A program made the position numbers and the translations under genes. Below the pieces are notes generated by a model. The model searched no databases. It saw only the letters and a program-made list of their open reading frames with translations, and was not told the origin of the DNA. Of a stretch of 64,000 nt of DNA, positions 19,114 through 29,545 are shown piece by piece. The DNA comes from Akkermansiaceae bacterium (GTDB lineage: Bacteria > Verrucomicrobiota > Verrucomicrobiia > Verrucomicrobiales > Akkermansiaceae). The DNA is taken from NCBI GenBank assembly GCA_051251915.1, contig JBPOGF010000008.1, forward strand, positions 1 to 64,000, written 5' to 3'. The number at the start of each line of letters is the position of its first letter. Position 1 is the first letter of the stretch.

Positions 19114-20958
19114 TTATTTCACAATCTTAGCAAGCAGATCATTCATCCGATTAACCATCTTTTGCGGGTTATCCATCATGCCCGCAGCAAGAAGAGCGTT
19201 GTCTGTGAGTTGCTGAGTAACCATACCGGCTAGCTCTGCATCAGTCTCCTTGAGTGCAGATAGATTCTTAATGACTTGATGCCTCGGGTTAACTTCCAGA
19301 ATTACTTTTGGTTCTGGCGCCTCTTGCCCCATCGCTTTCATCATCGAACGCATCTGAGCATTCGGCGCATCCTGTGGAGCTAGTGCTGCCACTGGACTAT
19401 CCACAAGTCGCTTACCTGCTTCCACTTTTTCCACGCGCTCACCTAGTGTTTCGGCCATCCAGCCAGTGAGAGCAGTAAGTGAAGCTTCATCGAGAGCTTC
19501 ACCCTCTGTAGCTACATCATCTAGCTCAATATCCGCACGATCTGCGCTGACAAGCTTCTTGCCCTTAAACTCAGGCATCGTGTCAAACACATATTGATCC
19601 ACAGCATCCGTAAAGATAGCTACTTCAATTCCGCGAGCCTTAAAGGCCTCAAGGTATGGTCCATTTTCTATAACCTCACGAGAAGCTCCTACAATATAGT
19701 AAATCTCATTTTGATCTTCTTTAGCGCGATCAATGTACTCAGCAAATGAAGTGAGCTTACCTGTATCAGTCATCGTAGACTCAAATCTTAACAACGTAGC
19801 AAGTGACTCTTGGTGCTCAAAGCTAGTCGCAATCCCTTCCTTAAGAAATCTGCTGAACTTAGCAAAGAACTCCTCATACTTCTCAGAATCATCCTTAGCT
19901 TGCTTCTCTAAGAACTTGAGAAATCTCTTAGTGATGAGCTTATTCAGTTTCTGGATCAACGCACTGTCTTGCATGCTCTCACGTGAGATATTCAGTGGTA
20001 AGTCCTCACTATCAATAACTCCCTTGAGGAAACGCAACCACTCAGGAAGAAGATTCTTCGGCTTAGCATCAATCATCACCTTGCGGCAATACAGTGACAC
20101 ACCTGCTTCCATTTGCCCCATTCCAAACTGCTCTTGGTTTTCCTGTGGCACGAAAAGAAGTGAGTTAATAGCCAGCGGAGCATCAGCACTGAAGTGCATC
20201 GTGTAGCGAGGCTCATCCCATGCACCAGCCACGAACTTGTAGAACTCAGTGTAATCTTCCTCTGAGATATCACTTTTAGATTTAAGCCAGAGAGCCTCAA
20301 CCTTATTAACAATCTCTCCATTTAACTTAATAGGGAATGAAACGAAATTTGAATATTTCTCAAGTATCTGCTTGATACGGTCCGCCTTAGCGAACTCTTC
20401 CTGACCTTCCTTAAGCTTCAGCACCATTCGGCTACCGCGACCAATGCCTGAGCTATCTTCAATAGTATAACCAGTTGAGCCATCACTAGTCCAGACAAGA
20501 TCCTCCCCTGCTTCTGGATCCCAACTATGAGTGTGAACTTCCACCTCATCAGCCGCCATGAATGCACTGTAGAATCCTACACCAAACTGACCAATCACGT
20601 CAGCATTACTATCTCCCTTTTCCTTCAACTGCTCAAGAAATGCCTTAGTGCCAGAGTGTGCAATAGTTCCAAGGTTCTCCTGCAGCTCAGCACGAGTCAT
20701 CCCGATACCCGCGTCAGAAATAGTAAGCGTGTTATTCTCTTCGTCAGTCGTAATGTTAATCTCAAGCGGTAAATCACCGTCCACAATTGTGTTGTCAGTG
20801 AGTTGTCTAAGACGAAGCTTCTCAAGTGCATCTGCCGCATTGGAGACAAGCTCCCGCACAAAGATTTCCTTATCCGTATAAAGTGAGTGGATAACGATGT
20901 CCAAAAGCTGCTTCACTTCCGCTTGGAAGCCATGTTTTTCTATATCTGTTGTTGCCAT
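19114..20958 (-). CDS. htpG: Molecular chaperone HtpG (Hsp90)
   Basis: FQAEVKQLL, YTDKEIFVRELVSNAADA, NLGTIAHSGT, IGQFGVGFYS, DLPLNISRE. Confidence 0.97.
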   Translation of the reverse strand: MATTDIEKHGFQAEVKQLLDIVIHSLYTDKEIFVRELVSNAADALEKLRLRQLTDNTIVDGDLPLEINITTDEENNTLTISDAGIGMTRAELQENLGTIAHSGTKAFLEQLKEKGDSNADVIGQFGVGFYSAFMAADEVEVHTHSWDPEAGEDLVWTSDGSTGYTIEDSSGIGRGSRMVLKLKEGQEEFAKADRIKQILEKYSNFVSFPIKLNGEIVNKVEALWLKSKSDISEEDYTEFYKFVAGAWDEPRYTMHFSADAPLAINSLLFVPQENQEQFGMGQMEAGVSLYCRKVMIDAKPKNLLPEWLRFLKGVIDSEDLPLNISRESMQDSALIQKLNKLITKRFLKFLEKQAKDDSEKYEEFFAKFSRFLKEGIATSFEHQESLATLLRFESTMTDTGKLTSFAEYIDRAKEDQNEIYYIVGASREVIENGPYLEAFKARGIEVAIFTDAVDQYVFDTMPEFKGKKLVSADRADIELDDVATEGEALDEASLTALTGWMAETLGERVEKVEAGKRLVDSPVAALAPQDAPNAQMRSMMKAMGQEAPEPKVILEVNPRHQVIKNLSALKETDAELAGMVTQQLTDNALLAAGMMDNPQKMVNRMNDLLAKIVK

Positions 20959-21062
20959 AATTTGTTGTTAAATATGTAGTTTGTGTGGCGGAAACATACG
21001 GCTAAGCGACTAAGGATCAAGTCAAATTTACCAGCTATTTTAAAGCTAAAGTGTCATGTATC

Positions 21063-21638
21063 TCAGAGCCTAGTTCTTGGCTGTTGCTTCTGAAGCAGAT
21101 CACGAAACCTTTTACCACTCCCTGCAATATAAAATCGCCCATCTTTATACTTCTTCACCCTCATGACCGCCCCTCTATAGCAAGCTATCAGGAATGCAAT
21201 GAAAGCTCCGAACGCGCATGAATAGAAATAACCCACCTTTTCCTCATTCCCATAGTTAAAAGCCCAGATTGATGAGCCTAAAAGCATCACACTCATTGAC
21301 ACCCAGAAAAGCCGCCTATTGAAGAGTTTCTTCCTCCCTGCGTCCGATAAGCTGTAGCGGACAAGCGTGATCTTCCGATTAATGTGACAAGTGATGGCGT
21401 ATATAATTATCCCAATAACAGGGATAAATATTAACAACGCCCAGTTAGGATCCACAAATTGGAGCTTCTTAGCACGGCGTTTCTCCCAAGTAACCTTCGC
21501 GCCAGTGAGAAAGCAGTATTTAGGTAACTCCACAATACGTCCAACGACGATAAACCTCCCAGACACCTGACCACCCTCCACCATATCAGGATATTGCACA
21601 GATTTAGGTGGATCATAAGGATTTACCGGTTCTTCCAT
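21063..21638 (-). CDS. Hypothetical membrane protein
   Basis: NPYDPP N-terminal motif, LPKYC..TG, three TM segments. Confidence 0.7.
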   Translation of the reverse strand: MEEPVNPYDPPKSVQYPDMVEGGQVSGRFIVVGRIVELPKYCFLTGAKVTWEKRRAKKLQFVDPNWALLIFIPVIGIIIYAITCHINRKITLVRYSLSDAGRKKLFNRRLFWVSMSVMLLGSSIWAFNYGNEEKVGYFYSCAFGAFIAFLIACYRGAVMRVKKYKDGRFYIAGSGKRFRDLLQKQQPRTRL

Positions 21639-21772
21639 ACTTAAGAAATATCAGCGCAGCAAGGCAGAGCAAGCATCAAGTGAATGCATCGTTACTTACG
21701 TGCGCCATCGATTATATCCTAGATATTTGATTGCTAGTGAGTGTTTTTTGAGTAGCTTAATCAATAGAGACT

Positions 21773-22678
21773 ATGAGTGAGAGTTCTACGATAAAACCTG
21801 AATCTAAACCCGCCTACGCGGTAGAAATCCGTGATCTAGTGAAGACCTACAAGTCCTCATTCAAACGTCAGACCTTTCGAGCAGTAGATGAGGTTTCGCT
21901 TAATATTGCACCCGGTGAAGTCTACGGACTCATCGGCCCAAACGGATCAGGAAAATCCACCACAATGAAAGCTCTACTTGGCCTCGTTGCCCCCTCCTCA
22001 GGGATCTGTAAAGTCTTTGGCTGCGACTCCCGACGTGTAGACGCTCGCAGCGAAATAGGATTTCTACCAGAAAACCCCTATTTCTATAAACACCAGACCT
22101 CAGCAGAAACACTCAAATTTTACGGTAAACTATGCGGCATTAAAGGTAAGGTATTAAAAGACAGAGTTGATGAATTGCTAGAATTAGTATCACTAGACCA
22201 CGCACGTAATAGAAGACTCGGCGGCTACTCCAAAGGAATGCTCCAGCGTGTAGGCCTAGCTCAAGCTCTCATTCAGAACCCCCGCTTACTCGTATTAGAT
22301 GAACCAACCGCAGGAGTTGATCCTATCGGTTCCCGCGAAATAAGAGATCTCATTTTCAAGTTAAAAAAAGAAGGCGTCACCATCTTTCTATGCTCCCATT
22401 TGTTAGAGCAAGTTCAGGAAGTTTGTGACCGAGTGGGTATTATATTCGAAGGTAAAATGGTGAATGAAGGAACCCTAGAGGAGCTAACAGCGATCGAAAA
22501 CCAACATGAACTCATCCTAGAAAATGCGGATGATGGACTATTAGAATCAATAGATGAACTCATCAGGCAGCATTCTAACAGTGGTGCTAAATTAATAAGC
22601 AGTGGAACGCCCAGATCATCGCTAGAAAAATTATTCATCGATACTGCCAAAAGCAGAAGCAGAAAGGAGAACAAGTAA
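21773..22678 (+). CDS. ABC transporter ATP-binding protein
   Basis: GPNGSGKST, YSKGMLQR, LDEPTAGVDP. Confidence 0.93.
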   Translation: MSESSTIKPESKPAYAVEIRDLVKTYKSSFKRQTFRAVDEVSLNIAPGEVYGLIGPNGSGKSTTMKALLGLVAPSSGICKVFGCDSRRVDARSEIGFLPENPYFYKHQTSAETLKFYGKLCGIKGKVLKDRVDELLELVSLDHARNRRLGGYSKGMLQRVGLAQALIQNPRLLVLDEPTAGVDPIGSREIRDLIFKLKKEGVTIFLCSHLLEQVQEVCDRVGIIFEGKMVNEGTLEELTAIENQHELILENADDGLLESIDELIRQHSNSGAKLISSGTPRSSLEKLFIDTAKSRSRKENK

Positions 22679-22679
22679 T

Positions 22680-23612
22680 ATGTCAGCACTTACCGAAGAC
22701 TTCCAAAAGACGTCATTCATCTCACTCTCCAGAATCGGAGTGATCGCCAGCCACACCTTCACCCAGCTAGTCAGAATGAAGGTATTCTACTTCCTCATAG
22801 CCTTCGTTATCCTTCTCTGGGGAGCCAAACAAATCATATTCCCTAACGAAACCGGCGGCGACAGCAGCCCAGAACAAGAACTAAGGCTGATCAAAAGCGC
22901 AGGCTTCGCAGCCATGAACATGTTCTCTATGCTGCTAGCCCTCTCAGCCACAGCCCTTCTCATCCCAAAAGACATCGAGGACCGCACACTATACACCATT
23001 TTGTGTAAGCCCGTGCCCAGGCTAGACTACCTCTTAGGTAAACTATTAGGAGTTCTCGTCTTAATCTTTGTCTCCCTCATTGCCATGGATTTAATGCTAA
23101 GTTTCTTCCTCCATCAGAAAGCATCCGCCATCCTCGCATTACACACAGCAGACCTCCAAGCAGTAGGAATGCCCCCAGAAATGATCAGCGAACAACTCGC
23201 TAGCCTCAAAGCCCACGGAGTCACTATGAATCTCCATTTTGCGACATTTGCTATCTTCCTGAAAGCCATCGTCATCGCCTCCATCGCCCTTCTAATCTCC
23301 ACCTTTTCTACATCCACCTTGTTCACCCTGATTTTAACCCTGATCATCATAGTCATCGGCCTCATCCAAGCAGACGCCAGAGAATACGCCACTACCATGG
23401 CTGAATTTGGCCAGCATAATCAACTCTCCAGCATCTCATTAGCCATCGCTGTTTTCTTCCCAGATTTACAATTTTTATCTATCGAAGACGGCGTCATAGA
23501 CGGCCGAGACGTCCCACTCATCATCATAGGCCAGATCTCACTCATCGCACTTTTGTATTTTGCAATCTACGTTGTTCTCTCTTGGTTCACCTTTAGAAAG
23601 AAGGAGTTTTAA
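22680..23612 (+). CDS. ABC-2 type permease
   Basis: KDIEDRTLYTILCKPVPRLDYLLGK; multiple TM segments; ends FRKKEF. Confidence 0.85.
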   Translation: MSALTEDFQKTSFISLSRIGVIASHTFTQLVRMKVFYFLIAFVILLWGAKQIIFPNETGGDSSPEQELRLIKSAGFAAMNMFSMLLALSATALLIPKDIEDRTLYTILCKPVPRLDYLLGKLLGVLVLIFVSLIAMDLMLSFFLHQKASAILALHTADLQAVGMPPEMISEQLASLKAHGVTMNLHFATFAIFLKAIVIASIALLISTFSTSTLFTLILTLIIIVIGLIQADAREYATTMAEFGQHNQLSSISLAIAVFFPDLQFLSIEDGVIDGRDVPLIIIGQISLIALLYFAIYVVLSWFTFRKKEF

Positions 23613-23616
23613 GCAA

Positions 23617-24564
23617 ATGAGAAATCTAAAAAACATCATCGTCATCATCTTAGTACTCGGCGTAACTGGATGGCTCAGGATGCCCTTTGAACAGAAGCTT
23701 TCTGAGGAACTACACACCCTTAAGCTAGTACCGCCCAGACTGACCCTTAAGGACCGCACTAGACTCAAACAGAAGGCATTCGTGGCGACTTACGGTAGCC
23801 TTCGTCCCACCATTGCAGCCTTCATGAGCGTCAAGACTAGCCGCTATCATTCAGACCAAGAGTGGGACAAAATCGAGGATTCCTTTGACGAAATCGTGCT
23901 TCTCGACCCCTATAATTACTACTACTGGGAAATGGCCTCATGGCACATGGCTTCAAACGCAGCAGCCGACAAAAGGGATGACAAAAGCCTCACTGAAGTA
24001 GGTAGACAACAGGTATTTAAACAATACATCCAGAAAGGAAAGGACATCATTAATCGCTCAATTGAGGTAAATCCAGACGACTGGAGATATTTAAATCTCA
24101 AAGCGATGTTAGAATCCAACAGATACAGAAATCCAGACTACGCCGCAGCAGTCGCAACCTATCAGGACCTACTCAAGCTTCCAGATCTCCCACAACACGT
24201 AATAAGAGAAATCAAGCTGAAGATCCTGTTCTGCATGCAAAAATTACCAGAACGTCACCAAACTGCCTACGATTACGCCCTTGATCTATTTGCTCTAGGA
24301 AGAATATACCGCATGCCTACCGTGCTGAATGAAGTATTAATTGGCCAAAATCACCCATTAAATAACGTTGATAAAAAACTGACCTTCAGCGAGATTTATG
24401 GATCTAATGCTGCCGCTTATCATAACCTCAAAATTAAGTGGCAACGTCGCGACTTAGGTCAAAAGCCATACGGTGTGGAAAAATCGATTGAAGAATTAGA
24501 AGGCCTGCTTAATATCCCGCAAGATAAACGTCTATTCCCTCACGAACCTAGCATCATGAAATAA
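23617..24564 (+). CDS. Membrane-anchored helical/TPR-like protein of the ABC operon
   Basis: ATG 23617 lies just after the permease stop. N-terminal TM, helical-repeat-like content (LLDPY...WHMASNA, EVNPDDW). Confidence 0.7.
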   Translation: MRNLKNIIVIILVLGVTGWLRMPFEQKLSEELHTLKLVPPRLTLKDRTRLKQKAFVATYGSLRPTIAAFMSVKTSRYHSDQEWDKIEDSFDEIVLLDPYNYYYWEMASWHMASNAAADKRDDKSLTEVGRQQVFKQYIQKGKDIINRSIEVNPDDWRYLNLKAMLESNRYRNPDYAAAVATYQDLLKLPDLPQHVIREIKLKILFCMQKLPERHQTAYDYALDLFALGRIYRMPTVLNEVLIGQNHPLNNVDKKLTFSEIYGSNAAAYHNLKIKWQRRDLGQKPYGVEKSIEELEGLLNIPQDKRLFPHEPSIMK

Positions 24565-24682
24565 TAGCCATGAGAACCAGCAATCTATAGTTAGGACAAA
24601 CTTACTCTATTTTTTTCTTTCCCTTTGCCCCTCTAGCGTTCATGCATAGACATCACCCAGTCATTTCAACTATATATAGTCC

Positions 24683-25405
24683 ATGAAGATCGCATTATTT
24701 GGAGATATCCACGCAAACTTAGAAGCTTTAGAAACCGTTCTAGCCGATGCCGAGGCGCAAGGCTGCGATAGCTATGTTTGCCTTGGAGATGTGGTCGGAT
24801 ATAATGCGAACCCATCAGAATGCTTAGAAATCATCCGCCAGATGGACTGTCCAGTAGTCAAGGGCAACCATGATGAAGACGCAGGTGGTGACCACTCTCT
24901 TGAAATGATGAACCCGATCGCCGCTGAGGCTCTTCAGTGGACACGTGATCAACTCACCGACGAGCAACGTGAATTTTTGGCCAGAATGAGAATGGTCAGA
25001 CAGGTCGAGGACTTCACCATCGTCCACTCCACATTGGATCAACCAAATGTCTGGAATTATGTGACCAATAAATTTGATGCCATGTCAAATTTCTCCTACC
25101 AATTTACCCAAGTCTGCTTCCACGGCCATACCCACGTACCCAGAGTCTTCGTCCGCGGAGCTAAAGTGCAAGACGTTCCACCAGAATCAATAGCCATTGA
25201 GGAAGGCATGAAATATTTCATTAACGCCGGCTCAGTCGGACAGCCTAGAGACGGAGACTGGCGCGCCTCATATTGCATCTATGATTTGGAAGCTAAGCTC
25301 ATTTACTTCCGTCGTCTTGAGTATGATATCGAGACTACCCAAAAGAAGATTTTAGCAGCAGGACTACCAGAAGCCTTGGCTAATCGTCTTGCTGACGGCA
25401 GATAA
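24683..25405 (+). CDS. Metallophosphoesterase (calcineurin-like)
   Basis: DIHAN, GDVVGY, GNHD, HGHTH, GSVGQPRDG. Confidence 0.92.
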   Translation: MKIALFGDIHANLEALETVLADAEAQGCDSYVCLGDVVGYNANPSECLEIIRQMDCPVVKGNHDEDAGGDHSLEMMNPIAAEALQWTRDQLTDEQREFLARMRMVRQVEDFTIVHSTLDQPNVWNYVTNKFDAMSNFSYQFTQVCFHGHTHVPRVFVRGAKVQDVPPESIAIEEGMKYFINAGSVGQPRDGDWRASYCIYDLEAKLIYFRRLEYDIETTQKKILAAGLPEALANRLADGR

Positions 25406-25436
25406 ACCTTTAGTTGTTGAGGGGCTCTCCTAGATC

Positions 25437-25832
25437 ATGAAACCGCTCGAAGTTGTCTGTGCCTTAATCATAGACAATAATGGTAAATTTCTAGCATGTC
25501 AGCGAGGAACTAATACATCACTTGCCGGTAAATGGGAGTTTCCAGGTGGCAAAATCGAACTGGGTGAATCCAAGGAATCAGCATTAAAACGAGAAATCCT
25601 AGAGGAGCTAGAGGTAAGTATTTCAATCCTCAGACCACTCAAAACGATAACCCACCAATACCCTGATTTTAAAATTGCGCTCTCCCCATTTCTTTGCCAG
25701 ATCAATGGTTCAGAACAGCCTACCCCCATCGAACACGCTCAAATCCGCTGGGTAGATTTAGCCGAAGCTGTCACACTAGACTGGGCCGAAGCCGACCTAC
25801 CAATCATTGAACAATTTAAACATTTATCATGA
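25437..25832 (+). CDS. MutT/NudG-like NUDIX (d)NTP pyrophosphohydrolase
   Basis: WEFPGGKIELGES..SALKREILEEL Nudix box. Confidence 0.9.
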   Translation: MKPLEVVCALIIDNNGKFLACQRGTNTSLAGKWEFPGGKIELGESKESALKREILEELEVSISILRPLKTITHQYPDFKIALSPFLCQINGSEQPTPIEHAQIRWVDLAEAVTLDWAEADLPIIEQFKHLS

Positions 25833-26476
25833 CTACAAACTCCACAAAACTCATCGTCTTCGACTGCGACTCCACACTTTCTTCCATCGAAGGCATCGAT
25901 GAACTAGCTCGCGAAAAAGGTGCTGACATATTCAACGAAGTAGAAGCTCTCACCAATGCGGCAATGAACGGAGAAGTACCGCTAGACGAGGTCTTTTCAC
26001 GTCGCTTAGAAATCATCCAGCCAGATCTAGCAACCTGTAAAAAAGTAGAACAACTCTACATCGACACCGTAGAACCCACAGCCGTAGATACCCTCAGTGC
26101 TCTGAGAAACCTCGGCTACACACCCATCATCCTCTCAGGAGGCTTCAAAAGACTGATCGAACCCTTAGCTGGATTTCTCGGCATCGAGAGAGTCGAAGCA
26201 GTACCACTCATACTAGATGACGCTGGAAACTATATAAAATTCGACAACACCTACCCAACTACATACAACGGTGGAAAGCCAGAAATCATCGAGAAACTCA
26301 AAGCTGAATTCTCCCCTGAACGCATCATCATGGTAGGCGACGGAGCCTCAGATCTTGAGACCAAAGACGGTGTAGACCTCTTCGTAGGATATGGGAAATA
26401 CACTGACCGCCAAAAAGTCCGCGAGGGAGCAGATCACTTTATCTACTCACTAGCTGACCTATTAGAGATCATTTAA
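25829..26476 (+). CDS. serB: HAD-IB phosphatase, phosphoserine phosphatase-like
   Basis: FDCDSTL, EGIDELA, LSGGF, MVGDGASD. Confidence 0.8.
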   Translation: MTTNSTKLIVFDCDSTLSSIEGIDELAREKGADIFNEVEALTNAAMNGEVPLDEVFSRRLEIIQPDLATCKKVEQLYIDTVEPTAVDTLSALRNLGYTPIILSGGFKRLIEPLAGFLGIERVEAVPLILDDAGNYIKFDNTYPTTYNGGKPEIIEKLKAEFSPERIIMVGDGASDLETKDGVDLFVGYGKYTDRQKVREGADHFIYSLADLLEII

Positions 26477-27557
26477 GCTCAGTTCGGAGATGCTCTATCG
26501 CCTCTCTCAAATCTGACTCCGTTATCTCATCTGAAACAAAACTTACCCCTAAGGCCTTCAAAAGCACAAAACGGATCGATCCACTAGAGAATTTCTTATC
26601 AGTTAGCAGCTTCTGCATGATAGTCTCAGTCGCTATCTTCTCATCCAGAACAAGCGGTAGTTGAAACGCCTTTAATAATGCTAATATGCGAGTTCCCTCT
26701 TCAACCGATAACGTACTCTTTTTCTGCGACAGATAGACAGCAGCTCGGATACCTAATGAAATAGCCTCACCATGAAGAAGCTCACCATAAGGCAGACTAG
26801 CCTCGATACCATGCCCAATAGTATGGCCAAAATTCAACAAAGCTCTAGTATCATTTAGTTCCTGCTCATCCTCCTCGACCACCCGAGCCTTGATAGCCAG
26901 ATTTCTCGCTAATAGGTCCGCCGGTGGTTCCTGATCAGCAGGATCTAAATTCTCTAAATCGGCAAACATCGCCTCATCTCGGATCGCAGCATGCTTTATC
27001 ACTTCTGCAAACCCCTCACGGTACTCACGCCCTGGCAAAGTGCTTAGTGTGCCCGGATCTACGATGACCATCTTGGGCTGATGAAACGCCCCCACAAGGT
27101 TTTTCCCCTCCGCGATGTTCACCCCAGTCTTCCCACCCACTGAGCTATCAACTTGAGAAACGATAGTAGTAGGAATCTGCACAAATGGAATCCCACGGTA
27201 AAACACTGCCGCCACAAATCCAGCAAGATCTCCCACCACTCCCCCGCCCAATGCAACCACAAATGATTTACGTCCGTGCCCAGCTTGTGTCATCTCCCGG
27301 CATAATACCTCGACATTTGCCATACTCTTAGCAGCCTCGCCAGCCTTAACAACATGCGTAGAAATACTCATTCCCGCATCAGTAAGCGCTTTCGTTACCG
27401 ACTCAGCATAATAAGTCTCCACATTCGAATCCGTGATCAAGGCACATTTCGATGATAACCCCAATGATGAAACTTTCTCGCCAAGAGAATCTAGCATTCC
27501 GTATTCGCACCAGACGTCATAACTCCTGTCCGCTAAATCAATATGTACCTTGCTCAT
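26469..27557 (-). CDS. aroB: 3-dehydroquinate synthase
   Basis: GGGVVGDLAGF, QVDSSVGGKTGVN, LNFGHTIGH, HGEAI. Confidence 0.97.
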   Translation of the reverse strand: MSKVHIDLADRSYDVWCEYGMLDSLGEKVSSLGLSSKCALITDSNVETYYAESVTKALTDAGMSISTHVVKAGEAAKSMANVEVLCREMTQAGHGRKSFVVALGGGVVGDLAGFVAAVFYRGIPFVQIPTTIVSQVDSSVGGKTGVNIAEGKNLVGAFHQPKMVIVDPGTLSTLPGREYREGFAEVIKHAAIRDEAMFADLENLDPADQEPPADLLARNLAIKARVVEEDEQELNDTRALLNFGHTIGHGIEASLPYGELLHGEAISLGIRAAVYLSQKKSTLSVEEGTRILALLKAFQLPLVLDEKIATETIMQKLLTDKKFSSGSIRFVLLKALGVSFVSDEITESDLREAIEHLRTELK

Positions 27558-27726
27558 GGAAATGGACTAAAGTATGCTGACTCTGAAGTAAATCATGAAT
27601 TCATGCTGGCAAAATAAAATCGAACGAATACCATCCCTAACAGACCAACACCTATAGAGATCATCCTAACTGGTAGAAATCAAAACAGCTGACAATTTAA
27701 CAACCCACCCCAATATCTTATTTAAA

Positions 27727-29337
27727 ATGGACAAAATCCAAATCAAATGCACATCATGCGGACAAAAATTCGCAGTCACCGAATCATATATAGGTAGAAT
27801 GGTAGAATGTGGTGCCTGTGACGAAAAATTCAAGGTCGAGGGAGCCGCAATAGTGAGACAAAAGAAACACTATCCCGGTGAAAAGTCCGAGTCAAACGCC
27901 GCGACATTTGCCAAATCTCCCAACACTACTACCGCCCCCCAACAAGAACAAGATGTCTCATTCCAAACGGCTAGCTATCAGAATGTAAGTGCCGAATACG
28001 CTCAACCACAAAAACCAATTAAAACGTTGATGCTCATCATCGGAGCTCTAGTCATTCTATCCTTCATCGCCATCTTCCTCTTAGGTGGCCGAGAAGGAGG
28101 AATCCTCAAAGGACTTGATAACACGAAGCGCCTCGTCCTTGCCGGATTCATCGCTGTGGCTGGCACGGGTCTAATCTTGGCTGGCACTAGGAATAAAGTG
28201 AAGGGCTTGTTACTTTCATTGATATTAGGCGGCTCACTATTGGCCATGCCATTTGTATTTCCTGAGGTCTTAGAATCAACGATCACAACAAACGCGTTTG
28301 ATGACACTAGCCTCTCAGACTCAAAAGACTCTGATACAGAAATAGATGAAACCAGCTTCTCAGCCAGACTAGACGATTATAAAAACTCAATCGGGTTTGA
28401 TAAAGTAGAAGCATCCAGAGTAGCTCTAGACGATCCAGATTCTCTAAAAGCAATTGTATTACGCGACTGTAAAATACAATATCTCGATACAATACTCCCC
28501 TATTTACAATACACAGTTGGTTTCCAATCTCCCCCTGTGACCTATACATTTGGCCGAGAACTCAATGGTCAACCCATTACACTCGTCACATTTGTCACAG
28601 ATACACCACTTGAGCGAGTCTTCGAAGTAACTCAAAAGTTCGGAACCCCACAGGAAATGAATGACGTCAGATCTGCCCTCAAAGTGATCGAGATAGTAGT
28701 CGATACAAACACCCTCGTAGGCCAACCCACCGAACGAACTAGTGACCCTAGTAATCAGCACTACTTTGATTCCAATTATTTAGAACTCATCAGTATTGAC
28801 CGAAGTAAACAACTCGATGCAGCAAAAAGACTTCAAACAGCAACAAGAAAAGGAAGACAGTCAGACATCTCGAGGGCTTTAGTTGACCTCATCAACACGA
28901 ATGACCACGAACTATCCAGACAAGCCATCACCACGCTCCACCAATGGACCTTGCCTGAATACAATACTGATCAAGCTGTACTAGAATACGCAAGGGAGGT
29001 AGCTGGTACAGACGAAATGACTAGGCCAGTCATGGATTACCTAACCGATTTAAATGTAGCTGGCTCTGAAGAAGTATTCGCTAAACAATGGGCATCACCA
29101 AAAGGATATCTACTTTGGGAAAACTATCTCATAAGAGCTAAAGACCGCGGTGAACAAGCTGTCATTTCTGTACTCCCTACTGTTAGCAAAACTCACTATA
29201 AATCTGCAGCTAGTATCCTCAGCCAAGTAGGAACAGCAAAGTCTATACCCACCATAAATGCATTGCTACCAAAGACTAACGAAGAAGATAAAAAGTATTT
29301 TAAAGCAGTTATTGACGAAATCAAATCTCGACAGTAG
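27727..29337 (+). CDS. Zinc-ribbon membrane protein with a helical C-terminal domain
   Basis: CTSC...CGAC N-terminal zinc ribbon, three TM helices, HEAT-like C-terminus. Confidence 0.7.
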   Translation: MDKIQIKCTSCGQKFAVTESYIGRMVECGACDEKFKVEGAAIVRQKKHYPGEKSESNAATFAKSPNTTTAPQQEQDVSFQTASYQNVSAEYAQPQKPIKTLMLIIGALVILSFIAIFLLGGREGGILKGLDNTKRLVLAGFIAVAGTGLILAGTRNKVKGLLLSLILGGSLLAMPFVFPEVLESTITTNAFDDTSLSDSKDSDTEIDETSFSARLDDYKNSIGFDKVEASRVALDDPDSLKAIVLRDCKIQYLDTILPYLQYTVGFQSPPVTYTFGRELNGQPITLVTFVTDTPLERVFEVTQKFGTPQEMNDVRSALKVIEIVVDTNTLVGQPTERTSDPSNQHYFDSNYLELISIDRSKQLDAAKRLQTATRKGRQSDISRALVDLINTNDHELSRQAITTLHQWTLPEYNTDQAVLEYAREVAGTDEMTRPVMDYLTDLNVAGSEEVFAKQWASPKGYLLWENYLIRAKDRGEQAVISVLPTVSKTHYKSAASILSQVGTAKSIPTINALLPKTNEEDKKYFKAVIDEIKSRQ

Positions 29338-29397
29338 TCTGCGCTTGCAGAAAAAAGAAGACATCGTTTTCTCACCTTTCTTAGAAGATTTAGAAAG

Positions 29398-29481
29398 GCC
29401 ACCGTGGCGGAATTGGTAGACGCCCCAGACTTAAAATCTGGTGTCCTTCGGGGCGTACCGGTTCGATCCCGGTCGGTGGTA
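29398..29481 (+). tRNA. tRNA-Leu (anticodon TAA), CCA not encoded
   Basis: Acceptor stem GCCACCG/CGGTGGT, D-loop GGAATTGGTAGAC, anticodon arm CCAGA-CTTAAAA-TCTGG, long variable arm, T-loop GTTCGATC. Confidence 0.95.
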
Positions 29482-29545
29482 TTTTCTTTCTTCTCTTCTG
29501 CATTTGCTCCTTTCGCATTGATTACTTCTTATTAAGAATACCATT

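Noticed and set aside
20959..21062. CIRCE element upstream of htpG
   Set aside because: No TTAGCACTC-N9-GAGTGCTAA match found.
29398..29481. tRNA-Leu as an island attachment site
   Set aside because: No duplicate of its 3' end and no adjacent integrase seen in the window.
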